Part shown: piece after piece, positions 57,921 through 64,000 of the stretch
Position numbering within the stretch: position 1 is the stretch's first letter
How the letters are laid out: the number at the start of each line of letters is the position of its first letter
NCBI GenBank assembly: GCA_042219475.1
Contig: JBDGPX010000007.1
Location: forward strand, 30,433 to 94,432
From: Halobacteriales archaeon
GTDB taxonomy: Archaea > Halobacteriota > Halobacteria > Halobacteriales > Hikarchaeaceae
Direction of reading: 5' to 3'
DNA: 64,000 nt
Notes under the pieces: generated by a model
The model's input: the letters and a program-made list of their open reading frames with translations, nothing else
Databases searched by the model: none
Told to the model about the DNA's origin: nothing
Program-made: the position numbers and the translations under genes

Positions 57921-58334
57921 TCATTCGATTTCGATCTGTTTGCCCTCGTCGGGTTCGGCCTTCGGTAACGTCACGGTCAACACGCCATCGCTAAACGTCG
58001 CTTCGATCCCGTCGGCCTCGACGTCCTCGGGGAGACGCACCGACCGGTCGATGGATTCCTGGTGCCGTTCTTGGCGAACGACGTCGACATCCTCCGTTGT
58101 GGCACTGGTCTCACGTTCGCCCCTGATGCGAAGCGTCCGTCCCGAGAGGGTCACCTCGATATCGGCCTTTTCGTATCCGGGCAAGTCGGCATGGACGACG
58201 AACGTCGATTCCTCATCGATCACGTCCACCGGAATCGTCGGCGACTGCAGGTTCAGTTCGGAGTCGAAGGTAAACTCACGGCTCATCTGGTCGAGCAACT
58301 CTTCGATTTCCTCGAATGGGTTTGTTCGCCGCAT
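57921..58334 (-). CDS. Hsp20/alpha-crystallin family small heat-shock protein
   Basis: 137 aa from ATG 58334. Alpha-crystallin domain FVVHADLPGYEKADIEVTLSGRTLRIRGER...GVLTVTLPK. Confidence 0.85.
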   Translation of the reverse strand: MRRTNPFEEIEELLDQMSREFTFDSELNLQSPTIPVDVIDEESTFVVHADLPGYEKADIEVTLSGRTLRIRGERETSATTEDVDVVRQERHQESIDRSVRLPEDVEADGIEATFSDGVLTVTLPKAEPDEGKQIEIE

Positions 58335-58446
58335 CCCGATCACAGCCACGCTTCGGCCGCCAGCGGCTAAAAGTAACCGGCCAGTCCAGGCGGCATCGCG
58401 TTGTGTGGGTCCTCCCGAGCGTACCCGCTCGGACCGTCGGCCGGTC

Positions 58447-59427
58447 TCAGGCGTTGCCTTTCCTGGTCGCGGTATCGATGCGTTCGTCGATCTCTTCAGG
58501 GGGAATCTCGCGATCGACCTCCTCCAGCCGCCCGAGCACGCATTCGAGCAAGTTGAAACTCTCCAGTAGCTCACGGGTCGACTCCCGGTCGAGGGACAAC
58601 TCACGCTGGATGTCGTGGATGGTCCGGGCGTCCGTGACGATCCGTTTCAACGCCTCGATATCGATCCCGTCAGGGAGGACGACGCCATCGGGGATCGCGT
58701 CGGCTGTCAGGGCATCATTCTCGGCGTTCTCGGTGCCATCGGAGTTGGTGGCACCATCGGTCGTCTCGTTGTCACCCTCGTCAGGGTGATCAACCGTGTC
58801 GTCGACCCCGTCCTCCGCCTCCTCGACTGGTGCATCGTCGTCGGTATCCGTCCTCGATTCCGGGTCGTGAATCCCGTGGTCGATCATGTGCCGACGCACC
58901 GTCTGTGGCGTCACGTCGACATCGAGGGCCTCCGTCATCGCGGCGAAGCTGTCGTATTCTGCATAGACCGACGCGAGCCGATCCGGATCCTGGTACACCG
59001 GTGGTTCCTCATCGGCTTCGGTCTCGGTTTCGCTCTCGCGCTCGGCCTTGGAATCCGTCTCCGATGTTGTTTGCTCACTCCGTCGTGATGATGATGTTTC
59101 GTCCTCGTCTTGGGGACTTTCCTCATCGGACGATCTCGAATCGACCGTAGCGGTGATATCGGCCGATCCCTTCCCATTACCTGCGTCCTCGATGGATGAC
59201 GCTTCGTCTGTCTGGTTAGCGTGCGTTGGGACTTCAGTCGTACCGGCCGTCTCGGCTGTGGATTCCGTAGCGGGGAGTTCGATCGTCAGGTCGGCCCGAA
59301 GGACCGGCTCCGCGGAAGTATCCGACAGAGTCGCGGTGACATCGACGACGTCGATATCCGTCTGTTCGAGTTGTTCTAAGACGCCTGTGAGTTTCCGGAA
59401 CGAACTGCTTGAACGCATGGTAGACAC
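58447..59427 (-). CDS. hypothetical highly acidic protein with two HTH-like modules
   Basis: 326 aa. Long D/E/S/T-rich low-complexity linkers. Two helical segments resemble HTH modules (FAAMTEALDVDVTPQTVRRHMIDHGI; TIHDIQRELSLDRESTRELLESFNL). Confidence 0.6.
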   Translation of the reverse strand: MSTMRSSSSFRKLTGVLEQLEQTDIDVVDVTATLSDTSAEPVLRADLTIELPATESTAETAGTTEVPTHANQTDEASSIEDAGNGKGSADITATVDSRSSDEESPQDEDETSSSRRSEQTTSETDSKAERESETETEADEEPPVYQDPDRLASVYAEYDSFAAMTEALDVDVTPQTVRRHMIDHGIHDPESRTDTDDDAPVEEAEDGVDDTVDHPDEGDNETTDGATNSDGTENAENDALTADAIPDGVVLPDGIDIEALKRIVTDARTIHDIQRELSLDRESTRELLESFNLLECVLGRLEEVDREIPPEEIDERIDTATRKGNA

Positions 59428-59549
59428 CCTCTTTCTGCCCGTCCGAACTCGGATCGCCTTACTATCGTGTCAGATATAACCTCATCGGCCGATGGGTCGC
59501 TGTTGGCCGATCCGGTTCGAGGAGGGTCCGTTGGATGCTGTCCGGCCGT

Positions 59550-60359
59550 TCAAACGACGTGTTCGGTGTCGTAGGAGCCGAGCCGGCGCACCCAGCCGTT
59601 CTCGGCGATCGCCTCGATATCATCGAGGGCTGCCTGGGCGCGGTCCTCGTACAGTCCTGCCTCGAAGTCGACGTGGAAGAGATAATCTCCGAGACGGGTC
59701 CCACTGGGTCGGGATTCGATCCGGCTGAGGTTGATATCACGGTCGGCGAACGCCTCGAGGATCTCTAGGAGTAGCCCCGGGTAGTTCGCGTTCGGATAGA
59801 CGATCACCGAGGTTTTGCCACCGGAGATCGCCCCTTCGTCCGCCGGTGCGATCGCAAAAAAGCGGGTGGCATTCGACGAGCGGTCTTGGATGTCTTCGGC
59901 CAGCACTTCGAGGACCTCATCCGCGTTGTCAGGGTGGCCGATTCCGGCGACGGTCGGATCCTCCCTGGCGCGTTCGACGCCACGGGCGGTACTCGCGACC
60001 GCCTCGAGGGCCACCTCTGGATAGTTCTCTTCGAGATACGTTCGACACTGGGCCAGTGCCTGGGAGTGGCTGGCGACGGTCTCAAAGGAGTCCGACTGGG
60101 CTAACAATGCGTGTCGGATCGGGGTGACGATCTCGCGAACGACTGATACCTCATACTCGACGAGGGCGTCGAGGCTTTCGGTGACACTCCCCTCGATGCT
60201 GTTCTCGACAGGGATTACACCGCGGTCATAGCCGTCCTCGGCGACACCTTCGACGATGCTGTAGACCGATTCCCGGAAATCGACCGCGTCCTCGTCGACG
60301 ACCGCCGTGGCGGCCCGATGGGAGTAGGTCCCCGCCGGTCCCAGGGTGACTGCCTTCAT
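59550..60359 (-). CDS. pheA: prephenate dehydratase with C-terminal ACT domain
   Basis: MKAVTLGPAGTYSH N-terminus. ACT segment PGLLLEILEAFADRDINLSRIESRP. Confidence 0.9.
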   Translation of the reverse strand: MKAVTLGPAGTYSHRAATAVVDEDAVDFRESVYSIVEGVAEDGYDRGVIPVENSIEGSVTESLDALVEYEVSVVREIVTPIRHALLAQSDSFETVASHSQALAQCRTYLEENYPEVALEAVASTARGVERAREDPTVAGIGHPDNADEVLEVLAEDIQDRSSNATRFFAIAPADEGAISGGKTSVIVYPNANYPGLLLEILEAFADRDINLSRIESRPSGTRLGDYLFHVDFEAGLYEDRAQAALDDIEAIAENGWVRRLGSYDTEHVV

Positions 60360-60426
60360 ACGTGAGCGGTCGCTATCTCGGCGTAAAAGCGCGTCGGGTC
60401 CGTCGATTGACAGGAGAACGGTCGTA

Positions 60427-61851
60427 TTACCGGTTGAGCGTGTGGATCGCCTGGCCGCGGGCGTTCGCCGCGGCCTCCATCACGGCTTCCGACAGCGTTG
60501 GGTGGGTGTGGATCGTCGCCTCGATGTCCTCAAGGGTCGCCCCCATCTCGATGGCCAGCCCGATCTCACCGATCAACTCGGAGGCCTCCGGCCCGACGAT
60601 CTGGGCGCCGAGGACGAACCCGGCCTCCGCGTCGGTGACGAGCCGAACGAACCCCTCGTCGTGGCCGGTGGTCAAAGCCCGGCCGCTGGCCCGGAAGGGG
60701 AATTCGCCAACGACCGGCGAGAAGCCGGCTTCTTCGGCCTCGGTTTCGGTCATCCCGACGGTTCCGATCTCGGGATCGGTGAACACCGCAGCCGGGATCG
60801 CCTGATAGTCGAGGGCCGCGGGTTCGCCGGCGATGACGTCGGCCGCGACGTGGCCCTCCTTCGAACCCTTGTGGGCGAGCATCGGTTCGCCGGCGACATC
60901 GCCCACGGCGAAGATATGATCGACGTCGGTCCGAGCCCGGTCGTCGGTCGGGATGAAGCCGTTATCGTCGGTCGTGAGTCCGGTTGCCTCGAGGTTCAGG
61001 GTGTCCGTTACGGGTTCCCGACCGACCGCCACCAGAATCTTCTCGCCGGCGTGTTCGTAGGTCTCGCCGTCCTCGTCTTCGGTGAGGGCGACGACACCGT
61101 CATCGGCCTCGGTCCACTCGCTTGCGGCCTGGCCGAAGTGGAATTCGACGCCGAGCTCTTCGGCGCGTTTTCTGACGATGCGGGCGACGTCGTCCTCGTA
61201 TCCCGGGAGGGCGTCGTCGAGCATCTCGACGACCGCCACGTCGGCGCCGAGCTTCGCGAACACCGTCGACAGCTCCATGCCGATGTAGCCGGCGCCGATC
61301 ACGACGAGTCGGTCGGGGATGTCCGTCATTTCGAGGGCGGCTGCCGAATCCATGATCGGCTCGGCCTCGTACTCGAAGCCGGGGATCTGGATCGGCCGCG
61401 AGCCCGTCGCGATGATGGCGTGTTCGAACTCGATCGTCTCGGCGCCTTGGCCTTCGCCCTCGTGGATGATTCGGGCGGTCGACTCGTCACGGAACTCCGC
61501 TCGGCCTTCGACGAGATTGACGCCGTTTGCCTTACAGAGCTTCTCGACGCCGCTAGTGAGCTGATCGACTACCCCGTCTTTCCAGTCGATCATTGCCTCC
61601 ATGTCGACCTCGGGATCGGCGTGTACCCCCATCGATTTGGCGTGGCCTGCCTCGTGGACCAACCCGGCGCTCGTCACGAGCGCTTTCGAGGGGATACAGC
61701 CGCGATTGAGACAGACGCCGCCGTAGGCGTCCTTTTCAACGAGTGTTACGTCGAGATCGAGCTGGCCGGCCCGGATCGCGGCCACATAGCCACCCGGCCC
61801 GGCACCGATCACCAGTACGTCGGTCCCGGTCGAGATATCGCCGACAACCAT
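60427..61851 (-). CDS. lpdA: dihydrolipoyl dehydrogenase (E3)
   Basis: GAGPGGY FAD motif and redox-active disulfide GGVCLNRGCIPSK. ATTTAT-like box about 29 nt upstream (61878-61883). Confidence 0.95.
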   Translation of the reverse strand: MVVGDISTGTDVLVIGAGPGGYVAAIRAGQLDLDVTLVEKDAYGGVCLNRGCIPSKALVTSAGLVHEAGHAKSMGVHADPEVDMEAMIDWKDGVVDQLTSGVEKLCKANGVNLVEGRAEFRDESTARIIHEGEGQGAETIEFEHAIIATGSRPIQIPGFEYEAEPIMDSAAALEMTDIPDRLVVIGAGYIGMELSTVFAKLGADVAVVEMLDDALPGYEDDVARIVRKRAEELGVEFHFGQAASEWTEADDGVVALTEDEDGETYEHAGEKILVAVGREPVTDTLNLEATGLTTDDNGFIPTDDRARTDVDHIFAVGDVAGEPMLAHKGSKEGHVAADVIAGEPAALDYQAIPAAVFTDPEIGTVGMTETEAEEAGFSPVVGEFPFRASGRALTTGHDEGFVRLVTDAEAGFVLGAQIVGPEASELIGEIGLAIEMGATLEDIEATIHTHPTLSEAVMEAAANARGQAIHTLNR

Positions 61852-61921
61852 GTGCGGATCCGTCGCGGACCCGCTACATAAATGTGTCAGAACGGGATGG
61901 GGCGGCCGGATCCACTTTCGA

Positions 61922-63148
61922 CTAATTCACCCGAGAGACCTCGTAGCCGCCCGACTCGATCGCTTCGATGACTCGCTGGGCGTGCTCCTCGCCGCCGGTC
62001 ACCACCTCGAAGACGAGGTAGGCCTCCCCTACGTGGAGATCGCCGACCGCCCGGTCATGACGGACGGTCCGAATGTTGGCACCTTCCTGGCCGATCAGTC
62101 CCGCAATCATTCCCATCTGGCCGGGTTCGTCGTCGATACGGACCTGGAGGTCCAACAGCTGGTCGCGTTCGGTCAGGGCATAGGTGAGGACTATTTGCAG
62201 CATCGACGGATCGATGTTCCCGCCACAGAGTACGGGCAGCACCAGCTCGTCGGTGACGTCGAGGTCGGGGCTCAAGAGACCGGCGACCGAGGCGGCACCG
62301 GATCCCTCGACGAGCTGTTTGGCCCGCTCGAGGAGGATCAACATCGCGTTTGCGATCTCATCGTCGGAGACGAGGACGATCTCGTCGACGTGTTCGTCGA
62401 TGAGCTCGAGGGTGAGTTCCGAAATGCCGCCGGTCGCGATTCCGTCGGCGATCGTATCGGGGTCGTCGATGTCGACCGGAACACCCTTTTTGAGACTCTG
62501 GGGCACGGTCGCCGCTTCCTCGGCCTGGACACCGACGATGCGGATGTCCGCATCCTGGCTTTTGATCGCGGTCGCGATCCCGCCGATGAGTCCACCGCCC
62601 CCGATCGGTACGATTACTGTATCGACCGCTGGAAGCTGGGTGTACATTTCGAGGCCGAGTGTGCCTTGTCCGGCGACGATATCCGGGTCGTCGTAGGCGT
62701 GGATGAACGCCGTTCGGTCCGCATCGGCGAGCGTTCTGGCGTGCTCGACCGCCTCCTGGAAGGTGTTGCCCTCTAAGACCACTTCGGCACCGTAGGAGGC
62801 GGTGGCGTTGATCTTCGTTTGGGGTGCGGTTTGGGGCATGACGATCGTCGAATCGAGCCCGGTCTTCGTCGCTGCTAGTGCCACGCCTTGTGCGTGGTTG
62901 CCGGCGCTGGCGGCGACGACCTGTTCGACATACCCCTCGGCTGCGAGTTGGGTGAGCTTGTTGTACGCACCACGGGTTTTGAACGATCCCGTCCGTTGGA
63001 GGTGCTCCATTTTCAGTCGGACGTTGGCACCGGCCATGCGGCTCAGCGATCGGCTTTCCTCGATCGGTGTGGTCATGACAACATCCTCGTCATCGATCCG
63101 GTCATCGGCCCGTTTGATGTCGGCAAGCGCAACCCGGCCCATGTTCAT
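61922..63148 (-). CDS. ilvA: threonine ammonia-lyase (threonine dehydratase) with one ACT-like domain, paralog 2
   Basis: PLP-lysine motif TGSFKTRGA, SAGNHAQGVALAA, and C-terminal ACT-like DEPGQMGMIAGLI. TTAAAC-like box 63168-63173 upstream. Confidence 0.85.
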   Translation of the reverse strand: MNMGRVALADIKRADDRIDDEDVVMTTPIEESRSLSRMAGANVRLKMEHLQRTGSFKTRGAYNKLTQLAAEGYVEQVVAASAGNHAQGVALAATKTGLDSTIVMPQTAPQTKINATASYGAEVVLEGNTFQEAVEHARTLADADRTAFIHAYDDPDIVAGQGTLGLEMYTQLPAVDTVIVPIGGGGLIGGIATAIKSQDADIRIVGVQAEEAATVPQSLKKGVPVDIDDPDTIADGIATGGISELTLELIDEHVDEIVLVSDDEIANAMLILLERAKQLVEGSGAASVAGLLSPDLDVTDELVLPVLCGGNIDPSMLQIVLTYALTERDQLLDLQVRIDDEPGQMGMIAGLIGQEGANIRTVRHDRAVGDLHVGEAYLVFEVVTGGEEHAQRVIEAIESGGYEVSRVN

Positions 63149-63224
63149 TCCTCTTCAGAACTGAGGGGTTTAACACTTCACCTCTGGCGATCTATGATCA
63201 CCGTTTCCTCGGGGTAGCGTTCCG

Positions 63225-64000
63225 TTATTCGAGTAGGAGGAGCCGGGGTTCCTCGAGGTATTCGGCAACGTAGTTGGTGAACTGCCCGGCCATCGCGCCG
63301 TCGAGCACCCGGTGGTCGAACGACAGCGACACCGGCATCGTCTGGCGGGCGACGACGTCGCCATCGACGACCATTGGTCGTTCCTCGATCGCACCCGTCC
63401 CGAGGATCGCGACCTCGGGGTGGTTGATGATCGGGGTGCCGTACTCCCCGCCGATCGCACCGTAGTTGGTGATCGTGAACGTACTCCCCTGCATCTCCTC
63501 GCGGGTGATCGTCCGGTCTCTGGCCTTCTGGGCCAGTTCGGCGATCTCGGAGGCTAGCTGGAGGATCCCCTTCCGATCGACGTGTTCGATCACCGGCACG
63601 AGGAGACCGTCCTCGGTCGCGGCCGCGAAGCCGATGTGATAGTCGTTCTTGAGGACGATCTCCTCGGCGTCCATATCGAGTGAGGCGTTGAGATAGGGGT
63701 ACTCTTTGAGCCCCGCGACGACTGCCTTCATCACGAAGGGGAGATACGTCAGCGTGATGTCCCGCTCCTCGGTGCGATCCTTGAGTTCGTTACGGGTCGC
63801 CACCAGCTCCTCGACGTCAAGCAGGTCGTGATGGGTGACATGCGGGATCGTGTCGACGGACTCGGTCATGTGTTCGCCGATCGTCCGTCTGATCCCACGA
63901 TAGGGGATCCGCTCCTCGCCGCCGCTTGGATGCTCGGTTGCGGGCGTGGGGTGGCCGGCAGCGCCGGTCGATTCGGCCGCGGCCGGTTCTGCTGTTCTCG
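63225..64000 (-). CDS. 2-oxoacid dehydrogenase E2 acyltransferase (catalytic domain), 5' part beyond window edge
   Basis: The frame stays open past the listed ATG (EERIPYRGIRRTIGEHM...). Catalytic motif SFDHRVLDGA. Confidence 0.9.
   Translation of the reverse strand, partial: RTAEPAAAESTGAAGHPTPATEHPSGGEERIPYRGIRRTIGEHMTESVDTIPHVTHHDLLDVEELVATRNELKDRTEERDITLTYLPFVMKAVVAGLKEYPYLNASLDMDAEEIVLKNDYHIGFAAATEDGLLVPVIEHVDRKGILQLASEIAELAQKARDRTITREEMQGSTFTITNYGAIGGEYGTPIINHPEVAILGTGAIEERPMVVDGDVVARQTMPVSLSFDHRVLDGAMAGQFTNYVAEYLEEPRLLLLE

Noticed and set aside
60346-61881. 511-aa ORF antisense to lpdA
   Set aside because: Same shadow-ORF argument. lpdA on the minus strand carries the FAD and redox-disulfide motifs, and the plus-strand translation is Arg/Gly/Asp-rich and motif-free.

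Overview
High-GC, gene-dense chromosomal segment. The predicted proteins are strongly acidic and belong to families typical of haloarchaea (class Halobacteria): thermosome, CDP-archaeol synthase, TiaS, Taw1, and an HTH-fused CTP-dependent riboflavin kinase. TATA-like boxes sit about 25-35 nt upstream of several start codons, which suggests leaderless or near-leaderless mRNAs. I call about 58 protein-coding genes and one tRNA-Ser(GGA). I also call an M24 peptidase pseudogene with two compensating frameshifts, a decayed TnpB (IS200/IS605, IS1341-type) remnant, an apparent 1-nt frameshift near the 3' end of arsM, and a family of GC-rich hairpin repeats in intergenic DNA. I see no rRNA, CRISPR array, cas genes or recognisable defence system. 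Most of the window is housekeeping or central metabolism. Four parts deserve a second look. (1) An ~11-kb putative import-and-degrade island (17.7-28.9 kb) has a PotABCD-type ABC importer, proline dehydrogenase, an amidohydrolase and four M24-fold genes; two of these are translationally coupled paralogs with three of the five canonical metal-ligand positions substituted. (2) A MITE/PATE-like structured repeat family includes one copy bracketed by an 11-bp direct repeat inside a 10-bp palindrome. (3) A threonine dehydratase gene lies between the E2 and E3 genes of a 2-oxoacid dehydrogenase cluster. (4) Unusually symmetric regulatory DNA occurs at 6.44-6.62 kb (metB-like/arsR) and upstream of ribK. 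All functional calls rest on motif and family recognition from the supplied translations. No searches or computations were run, so start codons, repeat boundaries and every novelty claim are provisional.
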